From Nitrosotalea sp. (GTDB taxonomy: Archaea; Thermoproteota; Nitrososphaeria; Nitrososphaerales; Nitrosopumilaceae), in NCBI GenBank assembly GCA_050749105.1, contig JBOGQT010000042.1, positions 967 through 64,966 of the forward strand: a stretch of 64,000 bases of DNA. The letters run 5' to 3'. Position 1 is the first letter of the stretch; each line of letters opens with the position of its first letter. The notes under the pieces are model-generated. The model ran no database searches, was not told the DNA's origin, and saw only the letters and a program-made list of their open reading frames with translations. Shown in pieces: positions 1 to 9,305 of this stretch. The translations under genes were made by a program, and so were the position numbers.

Positions 1-170
1 TTAATCTCTGTTCCATGAAATGTACCTGATATCTTGTCTAATAAACCGGTGTATTGAAATTCACATGACAATCAAGTAAGAATGCGGTCTACATTAGTCA
101 GCCAGTAAGATTCCAATGCACAAAATACGTAGACCGCGTTATTTTGTACTATTTTAACACCATCTGAGGA

Positions 171-1289
171 TCATCCATCATGGTTGCGTTGGATAGTAAG
201 ATCAGTCTTGCCTATCTCCTGCGTCTGCCCATGCACAAAGGTCGGAGTAGGGCCAATGCCAAAGTTGATTGTCTGCACATCGTGCTCTTGCGGCAATGAT
301 GCAAAGAATGCAAGTTCAATCTCGGTTAGTACCATGCTTTTTGAATGCAATTTTTTTGGAACAAAGGCATAAGGATCAATGATACCGATGCCAAAGGCCT
401 CAGCTAATTTTTGTCTGAAACTTTTCTTTCCAAATGAAAGTTTTACCCTGTGTGTAGCAATTCTGTGAGCAAAGCTGTTGAGCAAAACATTGCTGACTAG
501 CTTATCAAGTATACTGATTGTTTCCTTGGTATCATCTCTTACAGTCTTGGTGTCTGCTCTAAAATCATCTTGAATCTTTTTGACTGTATCTTTGTATGAT
601 TCATGTAAGATACCGTTTTCTTTTCTAAACTCCTTTCTGTCAAGCGATTTGAGGTTTTTTATCCTTGATTGCAATATCTTCCTCTCTTCCTCTAACTTTG
701 TGCGTCTTTTGGCCTTCAGCTCTGATAATTCAGGGGTACTAGTCTGTACTCCAAATACTATGGTACAGTTGTAGTAACCATGGCCTTCTCGCCTCTGTTT
801 TGCAGCCGCAAGCTCTGCCTTGTCTCTGCCTGAGAGAGTTACGCCCTTTGTAGCGGCGCGTCTCTCAAGTGCGTTGATCTTTCTGTCAATCTCAGATGAG
901 GTCTTTTTGGTCTGGTTCCATACAAAACAGGCCATCATGCAACCTCTTTGCTCTGTCCATAATTTTGAATAGAGGTTGCTCTTTGTTGTGCTCTTAAGAT
1001 CTACAAGGGGAATCATGGAACGGTTATTTTTTAGCATCAGATATTTTGTAATCATTTTTTCAAAATGCGGTTTTTCAATTGGTTCAGTGGTGATACCTGG
1101 AATAGTCTTGAAGAGATTCTGATCATTTGTAGTTCTGACAATCATTTTCATTTCAGATCTTTCACGAAAAACAAAGAATGTAAACTCTGACGCGTGCTGT
1201 ATGATATCCAGTATCATATTTTCTTCATCATCTTTGAACTTTTGTTGGGGCTTGAGTTCAAGCCAGAAAAACTCTTCTTCTTTTGCCAT
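171..1289 (-). CDS. hypothetical protein with Lys/Arg/Glu-rich coiled-coil centre (accessory region)
   Basis: Long ORF 171-1382. The likely start is MAKEEEFFWLE at 1289. No assignable motif. Confidence 0.45.
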   Translation of the reverse strand: MAKEEEFFWLELKPQQKFKDDEENMILDIIQHASEFTFFVFRERSEMKMIVRTTNDQNLFKTIPGITTEPIEKPHFEKMITKYLMLKNNRSMIPLVDLKSTTKSNLYSKLWTEQRGCMMACFVWNQTKKTSSEIDRKINALERRAATKGVTLSGRDKAELAAAKQRREGHGYYNCTIVFGVQTSTPELSELKAKRRTKLEEERKILQSRIKNLKSLDRKEFRKENGILHESYKDTVKKIQDDFRADTKTVRDDTKETISILDKLVSNVLLNSFAHRIATHRVKLSFGKKSFRQKLAEAFGIGIIDPYAFVPKKLHSKSMVLTEIELAFFASLPQEHDVQTINFGIGPTPTFVHGQTQEIGKTDLTIQRNHDG

Positions 1290-1451
1290 GTCATCTGATA
1301 AAGTCAAAAATTTAAGGCGTAATTTTCCCCTTAAAAAATAACAAAAAACACCTTCTGATAACATTGGAGGTTTGGATTGCAATTCTGATAATCATATTAT
1401 CTCTTTAATTACTCTGACGAGAAACTGTCATCATCAAGTACAGGTGTTATA

Positions 1452-1865
1452 ATGAGTACAAGTCTAAAGCCTCCTTTTAATGAAGAGACCGCACGAGCCA
1501 AAGTAAAAGCTGCTCAGGATGCATGGAACACCAAAAATCCGGAACTTGTAGCAAAGGCCTACACAATAGATTCTCAGTGGAGAAATCGTACAGAATTCTT
1601 TAAAGGTCGCGATGCAATAATTGAATTTCTCAAGCGCAAGTGGGCCAAGGAGCTTGACTATAAACTAATGAAAGAACTGTGGTGCTATACAGGCAATCGC
1701 ATATCGGTGCGTTTTGAATATGAATGGAGAGATGCTGACACCGGTCAGTGGATGCGCACTCATGGCAATGAGCACTGGGAATTCTATGAGAATGGCCTGA
1801 TGAGCAGGAGAGACATGAGTGCCAACGATTACCCAATCAAGGAATCAGAAAGACGTTATCGCTAA
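1452..1865 (+). CDS. DUF1348 / NTF2-like (SnoaL-like) family protein
   Basis: 137 aa. The pattern [56 protein letters not shown] is typical of this family. Confidence 0.65.
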   Translation: MSTSLKPPFNEETARAKVKAAQDAWNTKNPELVAKAYTIDSQWRNRTEFFKGRDAIIEFLKRKWAKELDYKLMKELWCYTGNRISVRFEYEWRDADTGQWMRTHGNEHWEFYENGLMSRRDMSANDYPIKESERRYR

Positions 1866-1905
1866 CTATATTCCATCTTTTTAAAGAATCTGTGTGATGT
1901 GATAT

Positions 1906-2928
1906 GTGTTACGACTTGTCATTGCAGTTGGAATAATCATGGTCCTGTTGTTTTCTTCGGTTGCATATGCGATAGGATTTGACAACAGCTTTGAAAGATT
2001 GGTCATTGAAAAACAAAAAGAATATCCATCATGGTATATGGGAAAGGGAATAGCTCCAGGTCAGAGTTTCACTTATCACATTTGTGATCGTACCATCAAG
2101 CCAACATTAAACGGCGCTACCACGTGCTATCAGGCAACACTTGACTTTGTATCATTGTTACAGGATCACACGGGGGACATCTGGATAGTACAGGCAGTAT
2201 TCACACCTGACGGTTCTAAAAGCCAATGGCCTGCCATACTGTATATCACTGAAGACTTTGGCACGATAACTACGGACGGCTCCAGCATGAATTATGCTAC
2301 ATCGCTCTCACACACGTTACTGTATCTTCAAAAATATGCAAATACGTTCAAGCCACAGACCTTGGAGATTGGCAGATCGTGGGGGTTTGTAGATGATTAC
2401 GTATCCCCAGTACCACAACTGACTGTTACCATGTTTACCTCAATCGATACAGGCTCCAACTCTACCGGCGTTTACGAGGTTGGATTTGATGTAGTAAAAG
2501 ACAACACCATATACATAAAAGATGGATTTCCATTCCCAATTGAGCAGACAATTTATGATTCACAAGGATATAGTGCCGACCCTCCAATCCTTTACCAGGT
2601 CAAGTTAGAAACAAACAATGTACAAAATGGTATCTATCAGACCATTGATGTTAAGGAATTGTGCTCCAATCCTCTTTTGTATGGTCAGGTTCCTGCCGGT
2701 ACAATGCCACAAAATACAAACAATGTCAACAAGACACAACTTGTCAAGACGTTGTCTTCAATAAATCAGACTGGTAACTTTTTACCAACCGGCAATCTAA
2801 CCCAAACTCTACAAAATGATACCACGCCCTTTAATCCGAACTACACCAGACCATTGAATGTCACAAACGAGCAGCAGATCCTAAAAGAATTGAAATCACT
2901 AGGAAATTTGACAAACTCAACCAGTTAA
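1906..2928 (+). CDS. secreted or membrane-anchored protein, Asn/Thr-rich C-terminus
   Basis: GTG start, N-terminal hydrophobic segment LVIAVGIIMVLLFSSVAYA, many N-x-T/S sequons near the C-terminus. Confidence 0.5.
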   Translation: MLRLVIAVGIIMVLLFSSVAYAIGFDNSFERLVIEKQKEYPSWYMGKGIAPGQSFTYHICDRTIKPTLNGATTCYQATLDFVSLLQDHTGDIWIVQAVFTPDGSKSQWPAILYITEDFGTITTDGSSMNYATSLSHTLLYLQKYANTFKPQTLEIGRSWGFVDDYVSPVPQLTVTMFTSIDTGSNSTGVYEVGFDVVKDNTIYIKDGFPFPIEQTIYDSQGYSADPPILYQVKLETNNVQNGIYQTIDVKELCSNPLLYGQVPAGTMPQNTNNVNKTQLVKTLSSINQTGNFLPTGNLTQTLQNDTTPFNPNYTRPLNVTNEQQILKELKSLGNLTNSTS

Positions 2929-3216
2929 TCTTTTGTACCCTTGATGTTTGATTATCTTCTGGACTACCTCGTCTGCATTTTTGGCATTAAACTTGACATC
3001 ATACTCTTCTTTTCCTTCTGTCCATGAGATCAAAATCATCTCTTTTTTAATTTCTTTTATGAGTATGATGTCATCATAGCTTAGCTCAAGTGCAAGACCC
3101 TTTCCTGAAACTTCCAAGGCAATGCCGGTATTGAGCAAATACAGTATTCCCGAACCCATCTTGCTCCAAACTTTTATCTTGTCAAAAATCTCCTGTCCCT
3201 TTGTCAGGCCAATCAC
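2917..3216 (-). CDS. small hypothetical protein
   Basis: 99-aa ORF, no clear motif. Confidence 0.3.
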   Translation of the reverse strand: MIGLTKGQEIFDKIKVWSKMGSGILYLLNTGIALEVSGKGLALELSYDDIILIKEIKKEMILISWTEGKEEYDVKFNAKNADEVVQKIIKHQGYKRLTG

Positions 3217-3285
3217 GTATTACAAATCTGTATGTCATAAAAGGCTCTTCTCAATTCCTTAAATGATGTACCATGATTTGGAATC

Positions 3286-3624
3286 ATGTCACTTCCGCTT
3301 GCAATTGCAGTAGCAATAATTGTTATCGTTGGCATTGCAATGATACTGTATGTCGAGAGTCAAAACGTATCCTATATGCAAAAGGCAAACAAGATTGATA
3401 CCTTACGCAACAACAAGGAAAAAGAGACTGCTATTGCTTCCTACTCGGGAAACACACTTGATATCAAGAATCCAGAAAACAATCCAATCAACATAAAATA
3501 TATCCGAATTTTAGATGATCAAGGAAATCTCATAGAAAGAATTCCATACAATGCGCAGATCAAGCCCTTCTCTAACTCCACTCTGAATTTTACCGGCGTG
3601 GTTCCCTCACAATATCTAAAATAA
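3286..3624 (+). CDS. small membrane-anchored hypothetical protein
   Basis: N-terminal TM segment LPLAIAVAIIVIVGIAMILYV. Confidence 0.4.
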   Translation: MSLPLAIAVAIIVIVGIAMILYVESQNVSYMQKANKIDTLRNNKEKETAIASYSGNTLDIKNPENNPINIKYIRILDDQGNLIERIPYNAQIKPFSNSTLNFTGVVPSQYLK

Positions 3625-3695
3625 TCCAAGATCTTGACGGTGAGTCATCTCATCATGCCATACATCTTTATATCATACCATATTAATAATATAGT

Positions 3696-3950
3696 ATGAC
3701 GAAGCAAAGACGTACGATTGCACTTTCTACAGAACTAGACGGTGTAATAGGCTCGCTTGCTACACGCAAAAAGATGAACTATTCCGAATACGTCGAATCC
3801 AGACTAAAGCTAGTTCCAGAGATACTAAACGAATTGAAACGACTCCAGAATATGCCTGAGGATGTGCCTCCAATGGTCAAAGGCAGCCTACGGGATGCGC
3901 TCAAGGTAACAGATGACATTGAAGCAGAGCAAAATAATCTTGTAGCCTAA
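3696..3950 (+). CDS. ribbon-helix-helix (CopG/Arc-like) DNA-binding protein
   Basis: N-terminal RRTIALSTELDGVIGSLATRKKMNYSEYVESRL fits a beta-strand/helix/helix RHH pattern. Confidence 0.45.
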   Translation: MTKQRRTIALSTELDGVIGSLATRKKMNYSEYVESRLKLVPEILNELKRLQNMPEDVPPMVKGSLRDALKVTDDIEAEQNNLVA

Positions 3951-3952
3951 AC

Positions 3953-4402
3953 TTAGGCCAAATTCTTTTCCATCTTTGTTAAAGTACCGTAAACTGGGTC
4001 TATTACTATGATCTCTTTTTCAACATAGCCCAACTTTTTGTAGTATGAGATCCTGTTTTCGACTGAATACAAGACCAGCTTTTTGTAATTGAATTGGCGT
4101 GAAATGTCTTCTGCCAAGATGATCAACTCGGCTCCGGGCTTGATGTCTGGGAGAGATGGATCTCTATTGCGCTCAACCAATTTGATCTCAAAATGAGTAC
4201 CCCAGTCCCTTAGAACAGTGAAAGCCAGTATGTCATCGTTCAACTCTCTTACTATGACATAGAGATCTTTTTCATTAATCTCAACCAAGTATGACAGATC
4301 TATTTTGTTGAGATCTGAAAATTCATTTTGAAACTTTTTGATGCGGTCATTTTCATCTATAAACCTAAAAGGCGGTTGAAGAGAAATAATTTTTCTTGCC
4401 AT
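3953..4402 (-). CDS. GNAT-family N-acetyltransferase
   Basis: 149 aa. The C-terminal KKLVLYSVENRISYYKKLGYVEKE region looks like the acetyl-CoA-binding/beta-bulge part of GNAT folds. Confidence 0.6.
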   Translation of the reverse strand: MARKIISLQPPFRFIDENDRIKKFQNEFSDLNKIDLSYLVEINEKDLYVIVRELNDDILAFTVLRDWGTHFEIKLVERNRDPSLPDIKPGAELIILAEDISRQFNYKKLVLYSVENRISYYKKLGYVEKEIIVIDPVYGTLTKMEKNLA

Positions 4403-4463
4403 TAATCTGTCAACTCAAGATTTGAATGTGTAACTGCTTAAAAAACAATCTCTCATTATTTTT

Positions 4464-6815
4464 GTGCAAAAATTAGCGCTACTTCTTTTAGCTCTGACAG
4501 CAAGTATGGTATTCAGTGATGCGTCTGCAACACAGATTCAAATCGTGACAGACCTTGGCAATGTGTTTACAGTGCAAAAGACATCACCTTCTGATACCAG
4601 CAATAATACCAACAATAATATCATTTCAGGAGCAGGACTTGGAACTGCGGCAAGAATCCAAACGGTACAGCCACAGGGAACACTCGTTTACGGTTCTGGA
4701 TATATAGGAACCACATCTCCAATTCAGCCGTATGTTTCAATTCCGCAAGGAACAAACTTTGCGGCATTGATACAAAACAATGACAACTCTGTATCATTGC
4801 CCATGCCGGAATTTTACAGCACGTACCATTATGCCAACGGCCAGCTGGTACAGGAGGCAGGCCCAGCTAACATACTGTCATTTACTGATGCCAAGACACT
4901 AAGCGGTAATCTCTCTCCCACACTTGGCTCAAATGGCATACAGGTCTCTGCCAATCCGTCTGGAAATATAGTCATGAAGATGAATAGTCTTGCGGGAAGG
5001 CAGGTAATACTTCGTGGAACAATACCAACTGGAGATTCTCTGCAGTATGTCCTGTCAGACCCATCAGTTGATCTTACAAAGCTGCCATATGGTACCACAA
5101 ATGGCTGGACTCTTGCAAACTCTCCTGCGTCATTTTCGTTTTCTAATTACAGGCCAACATACAGCTCGGCTTGCGGATATGTCAACCCCTACTATCCGCG
5201 TTATCCGTGGTGGCCAGGCTATTGGGAGTGCTGGCAGTATCAATCTGGTTCCGTTCCAACATCAATGGGCGCATCAGTACCGCTTGATTTTACGGTACCT
5301 GATGCAAAGGGACTGGACGCATATCTTCAAGCAACAAGTTCCCACAGCTACAAATACTGCTACGCCCGCTACGCATGCGGATGGCGTACAGACTATACCA
5401 CCAGTGACACTTCTGCCTCAATCAGCGGTTATCAGACAAGCAACGGGTTTCATGTGACAGGAATCAGTTATTCGAGTTCAAACTACAACGGGGTATCAGC
5501 ACCCTCCAGTGCAGTCTTTGTGATATATGACAAGGCCCCCTACTTGCAGCTCCTAAACTTTGGCAGCAACTTTGAGCAGACCTACACATTTCCAAACGAC
5601 AACAGGCAACTGTATCTGATATCCACCCAGCCAAACGCAGGTGTTCTTGCAGCATCTGCACAACCGTACGATCCAAACACATTCTCGTATCTTAAGATAA
5701 ACAACCTTCCGCCAAACACTCCGTACGAGATAGTAAAGAATGGCATGGTGGGGGCAGCAGGCCTTACGCCGTCTGATGGCAGTCAAGTGATTTTTGACAT
5801 ATCCCAGATAGGGTTTCAGACAACGGACCAGTCGCCTGGAGGCACGCTGATACTATTTCCAAACTCCTTGTGGTACCGTGGTACCGTCACGTCCCTTGTA
5901 CTTGATACAATAAACAAAAACTCGTTTAACTATGACGGCCCATCACAGATTCACATTCCGTTTGCGTTCATTCGAGTTCCAATACCGGCAAAGATGGCAA
6001 TCAGCAATGTATCAATAGATGATACCATAGGTGGTACCATCAAGGTGCCTTACTTGGCAGGAGAGTATGAGCCAGGTACTGCTTTATTGATACCCACACT
6101 TCCAGCCATGAAAGATGTGGGATTTTCTGCCAACGGTACCCCGATGAAGATTGCAATAGCTGATGTCATAGGAGATCCGGGAGTTACAGTATTTTCAGGA
6201 AACAGCGCTTCAGACTCTCACTACAGCCTTACAGCGGCGGTATCAGCAGACGCGGGAACTGACGGCGAGGCAACGGTGATTGCCACACATGACGGCACCC
6301 TCAACGGTATCATCTCTCTTACGGTATCAGCAAGTGCCCATTACTATGACGGATCCTCGACCCTGACAGTTTACGCCAAGACATATGTTAACGGGAACCT
6401 TGTTGGAACAAAGATGCTGTACACATCACAGCCTCCTGCCGGATACTCTTCGCAGGAAATTACAAGTTATACCATAACCGACAATCCTCAACAATACGGC
6501 AGCTATGGCATCGCGCAGACAAACCCGTATCCGTATGCGGTCAACTCGTACAACATTTCCAACCTGCAAGTATCAGGAACCGTAACCGTGCAGGCCCACA
6601 CCGGAGACCTTGTAGAGTTTGAGGTATATGCAGACGAGAGCGCAAAAAGCAGCCTTGTAGCTACATCGCACATATCAGGAGGCTGCGGATATCTTACTAC
6701 CGACGTAAACACTGGAAGGGAAGTAGGGATTTTTTGTACCACGATACCAACCAATTACGTCAGCGAATCATCAGCGCAGGTAAGCCTTGACGAGGGCTAC
6801 ATTCTGACGGGATGA
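4464..6815 (+). CDS. large secreted Ser/Thr/Gly/Tyr-rich protein, function unknown
   Basis: 783 aa, GTG start, signal-like N-terminus LALLLLALTASMVFSDASA. Markedly GC-richer than its neighbours. Confidence 0.6.
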   Translation: MQKLALLLLALTASMVFSDASATQIQIVTDLGNVFTVQKTSPSDTSNNTNNNIISGAGLGTAARIQTVQPQGTLVYGSGYIGTTSPIQPYVSIPQGTNFAALIQNNDNSVSLPMPEFYSTYHYANGQLVQEAGPANILSFTDAKTLSGNLSPTLGSNGIQVSANPSGNIVMKMNSLAGRQVILRGTIPTGDSLQYVLSDPSVDLTKLPYGTTNGWTLANSPASFSFSNYRPTYSSACGYVNPYYPRYPWWPGYWECWQYQSGSVPTSMGASVPLDFTVPDAKGLDAYLQATSSHSYKYCYARYACGWRTDYTTSDTSASISGYQTSNGFHVTGISYSSSNYNGVSAPSSAVFVIYDKAPYLQLLNFGSNFEQTYTFPNDNRQLYLISTQPNAGVLAASAQPYDPNTFSYLKINNLPPNTPYEIVKNGMVGAAGLTPSDGSQVIFDISQIGFQTTDQSPGGTLILFPNSLWYRGTVTSLVLDTINKNSFNYDGPSQIHIPFAFIRVPIPAKMAISNVSIDDTIGGTIKVPYLAGEYEPGTALLIPTLPAMKDVGFSANGTPMKIAIADVIGDPGVTVFSGNSASDSHYSLTAAVSADAGTDGEATVIATHDGTLNGIISLTVSASAHYYDGSSTLTVYAKTYVNGNLVGTKMLYTSQPPAGYSSQEITSYTITDNPQQYGSYGIAQTNPYPYAVNSYNISNLQVSGTVTVQAHTGDLVEFEVYADESAKSSLVATSHISGGCGYLTTDVNTGREVGIFCTTIPTNYVSESSAQVSLDEGYILTG

Positions 6816-6935
6816 AATCAGCGAGTTTTATCAGACGTTGCACAACAGGGACAAAATGAAATCCTTATGAAACATTTACAGATTTTGATGATTTTTCAAT
6901 ACAACCTCGATTATGAAGTTCAAATTTGGTCGATC

Positions 6936-6947
6936 CCATGTCATTGA
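6936..6947. repeat. 12-bp direct repeat CCATGTCATTGA (left copy)
   Basis: Identical to 8469-8480 and abuts the cassette E1 terminal inverted repeat. Confidence 0.85.
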
Positions 6948-7078
6948 GGGGGTAAAGACAGCGGAGGCTCATTTGACCTTTTTTGTTCGTAATTTTTTTT
7001 CTTGTTCTAATCTTTATGCGCAAAAAAACATCGTAATAAACATTTAAACCGTCAAACTTGAGAATTACAATACGGATA

Positions 7079-7396
7079 ATGGATTCTAATAAAGAACCTT
7101 CAAAAACTGAGCCGTTAAAAGAATTCTTCCAATCTAAAGAAAATCTAACTCGGTTTAATGAATTAATGATGGATCTAACTACCCAAATATTCAATGGACA
7201 GATTGAACCTTTAGACGCTTATTCCGAATTTATTGGAATATATCAGAAAGTATTTCCCAAGTCCTCTGATCACCCCATGGTTAGAGAAATACTATTTGAC
7301 AGATTTCAAACATATTTGTTAATTTGGATCCTACGCGAATTAGGACGAGTAAAACGAAATCAGGTATCGAAGCGAAAACAGTCTAACAAATCATAA
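7079..7396 (+). CDS. hypothetical protein (E1 cargo)
   Basis: ORF 7058-7396, with the likely start at MDSNKEPSK. Its upstream part would overlap the cassette end. Confidence 0.35.
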   Translation: MDSNKEPSKTEPLKEFFQSKENLTRFNELMMDLTTQIFNGQIEPLDAYSEFIGIYQKVFPKSSDHPMVREILFDRFQTYLLIWILRELGRVKRNQVSKRKQSNKS

Positions 7397-7403
7397 CCCG
7401 TAA

Positions 7404-7793
7404 TTAATGAATAAATTTTGAAGCTACTATAAGGCCTACAATAGCAGATACGGCTATACTGCCAATTTTGATCGCAGTATCTATTTTCCACTTTCTATGT
7501 TCTTTTCGTTCCTTTTCCTCAACATCTTTTTTCTCTTGTTCGCTGGCATGTGCATCCTTTATGATGTCATGAGTAACAGTTCTAGGTGCGTAATATGGTA
7601 TTTGGGGTGATTCTGTTTTAGGCTTGGATAGTTTCTGTAGTTTATCGATAACATCAAGACCCTTCTTGGTAGTATCTAGGAATATGTTAACATCATCCAT
7701 TGTTATATCCTCTTCCTCCTCACATTCGCAATCGTCTAAGAGTTCTCCGCAATCAGGACAGAGTTCCTCCTCGTCATACTTTTTCCTTGGCAT
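7404..7793 (-). CDS. acidic Cys-cluster protein with C-terminal TM anchor (E1 cargo)
   Basis: Likely start MPRKKYDEEELCPDCGELLDDCEC; C-terminal TM segment IGSIAVSAIVGLIVASKFI. Confidence 0.45.
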   Translation of the reverse strand: MPRKKYDEEELCPDCGELLDDCECEEEEDITMDDVNIFLDTTKKGLDVIDKLQKLSKPKTESPQIPYYAPRTVTHDIIKDAHASEQEKKDVEEKERKEHRKWKIDTAIKIGSIAVSAIVGLIVASKFIH

Positions 7794-7899
7794 AACGATC
7801 TGTAGATATTGTTGCAAATAAATCATGATTATAGAAAGATGAATAAGTCAATGCCAATCTCGTTGAACTATTTTCAAACTTCCTGCATAGTTACACAAT

Positions 7900-8325
7900 C
7901 TACATTTTTCTTTGGGTTTCACTTACTTTATCGTAAAGTTCCTTCATGGATATATCGTGCATTTGTTTTGATTCATCATCAAAACCATACGTAACATCAA
8001 AAACGATTCTAATTTCAGTCACTCTTTTACCATGGTTCTTACCAAAGTCAGTAACTTTAGCAAATACATGGTAGCTACCATCTCCAAAACCGGTCTCCGA
8101 AGTAATAAAATTTCTTGGTTTATTTGTTGTATCTTCTATCGTTTCTATTTTGTCAAAAAGTGGAAATTTTAATTCTTCTTGTCTTTTACACCATTCTTGA
8201 TATTGATTGTCAGATAGAATGGCCATTGGATCGCCTATTATGACACAACCTGAGTCGATATAGATCGTACCTATTTCTTTCCATTCACTTTTTGATTCCT
8301 CATCTGTCTTTCCAGAATCATTCAT
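7900..8325 (-). CDS. hypothetical protein resembling DUF4241 (GFGDGSY motif) (E1 cargo)
   Basis: 141 aa with SGCVIIGDP and ETGFGDGSYHVF motifs, recalled from the DUF4241 family. Not verified by search. Confidence 0.4.
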   Translation of the reverse strand: MNDSGKTDEESKSEWKEIGTIYIDSGCVIIGDPMAILSDNQYQEWCKRQEELKFPLFDKIETIEDTTNKPRNFITSETGFGDGSYHVFAKVTDFGKNHGKRVTEIRIVFDVTYGFDDESKQMHDISMKELYDKVSETQRKM

Positions 8326-8468
8326 TCTAGAACAAGCACCTACATATTTTTAAAATTATCATCGCGTTTGATCTTGTTGTTCACCTAAGAAAACTTTTCA
8401 ACAAATCATAACTTTCGTCAATTTCTAGTCTAAAAAAGGTCAAATGAGCCTCCGCTGTCTTTACCCCC

Positions 8469-8480
8469 CCATGTCATTGA
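8469..8480. repeat. 12-bp direct repeat CCATGTCATTGA (right copy), junction between E1 and E2
   Basis: Identical to 6936-6947. It sits between a CCCCC run (8464-8468) and a GGGGG run (8481-8485). Confidence 0.85.
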
Positions 8481-8529
8481 GGGGGATATAGTTAGGACTA
8501 GATTTTGCACTAAAACAAACTTTGATACT

Positions 8530-9252
8530 TTATGCCTTCTTGACAGAAAGTTTGACGTCTATGTTTGTAGATTCTGAATTTGTATTATCTATGACTATAT
8601 TCCAGACTCGAGTCTTTGGTACCTCAAATTTTAGTGAGTATCTAGTAACTTGTTCACTTTCTAATTCATAGTTAAAATCATCCTCTTGCTCAAATCGTCC
8701 AAGATTTCTGTTATCTAGAACAAATATGTTGACTGGTAGATCGGAACTGATTTTGCCTGTCACTAGATCGCCTTCTTCAAAATTATAGCCATATGTTTCA
8801 AACATATGATCGTCCAACGCTTTGCGTTCGTCTACAAGTTCTTCTTCTTTGCCAGATTGTATTTCTTCAGTAGGTTCTATCTCTCGAACAATATAGTTGG
8901 CTACCTTATCACATGCATCTCGAATATTGCCTTTTGTAAATCGCTTCTGTTCCATATGAAGAAGCATAACCCCAACCTTTGCACCCTCTTCTACAAAAGG
9001 AATGATGTCAATTCCTTCATTTATTGCAAAACCTACCTCTTGGTCTACTGATGGTGAGGGGTGATCTTTTGTAATTATGGCTATTAGAGCATCTGATTTT
9101 TTTATCGCATCATGAATCTTTTTTGAGAGTGGTTTTCCGAATTGAACATCATGCTCTGCAGTATAGAATTCTATGCCTCTTACGCTTAAAGCCAATGTCA
9201 TTTGTTTCATAATTTCTGTATCTGCAAATGGATAACTAATGAAAACTCGCAT
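8530..9252 (-). CDS. TIR-domain protein with C-terminal all-beta domain
   Basis: N-terminus MRVFISYPFAD...IHDAIKKSDALIAIITKDHPSPSVDQEVGFA fits TIR_2-type topology, with a Glu at the usual catalytic position. Confidence 0.65.
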   Translation of the reverse strand: MRVFISYPFADTEIMKQMTLALSVRGIEFYTAEHDVQFGKPLSKKIHDAIKKSDALIAIITKDHPSPSVDQEVGFAINEGIDIIPFVEEGAKVGVMLLHMEQKRFTKGNIRDACDKVANYIVREIEPTEEIQSGKEEELVDERKALDDHMFETYGYNFEEGDLVTGKISSDLPVNIFVLDNRNLGRFEQEDDFNYELESEQVTRYSLKFEVPKTRVWNIVIDNTNSESTNIDVKLSVKKA

Positions 9253-9289
9253 TTTTTTCTCTTATCATAATTATTAATTGGTTATAAAT

Positions 9290-9305
9290 TAGATTTTGCA
9301 CTAAA
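9290..9305. repeat. internal copy of the 16-nt TAGATTTTGCACTAAA motif
   Basis: Identical to 8499-8514, which is part of the E2 left end. A diverged inverted copy lies at 11964-11979. Each copy lies at the 3' end of a minus-strand gene. Confidence 0.7.

Larger units (their letters stand above)
6948..8468. mobile_element. cassette E1: 1521-bp unit with perfect 37-bp terminal inverted repeats, no recombinase gene
   Basis: 6948-6984 GGGGGTAAAGACAGCGGAGGCTCATTTGACCTTTTTT is the exact reverse complement of 8432-8468. The unit is flanked by identical 12-bp direct repeats. Confidence 0.7.

Noticed and set aside
84-137. A 9-bp inverted repeat GCGGTCTAC ... GTAGACCGC lies downstream of the 171-1382 gene.
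   Set aside because: It could be a terminator-like hairpin, but archaeal termination usually relies on T-tracts and a single 9-bp stem is not distinctive.
3696-4402. An RHH protein next to a GNAT acetyltransferase looked like a TacA/TacT-type toxin-antitoxin pair.
   Set aside because: The genes are convergent (tail to tail, 2 bp apart), not co-transcribed with the antitoxin first. I treat them as independent genes.
4829-6754. Several 70-150-aa ORFs overlap the 783-aa gene on both strands.
   Set aside because: They lie wholly inside a longer, coherent ORF in GC-rich DNA, where stop codons are rare. They are most likely spurious.
6948-8468. E1 was considered as a casposon, since it has TIRs plus a long target duplication and thaumarchaea host casposons.
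   Set aside because: No cas1 or polB gene lies in or next to the unit, and it is only 1.5 kb. At best it is a non-autonomous element of unknown family.
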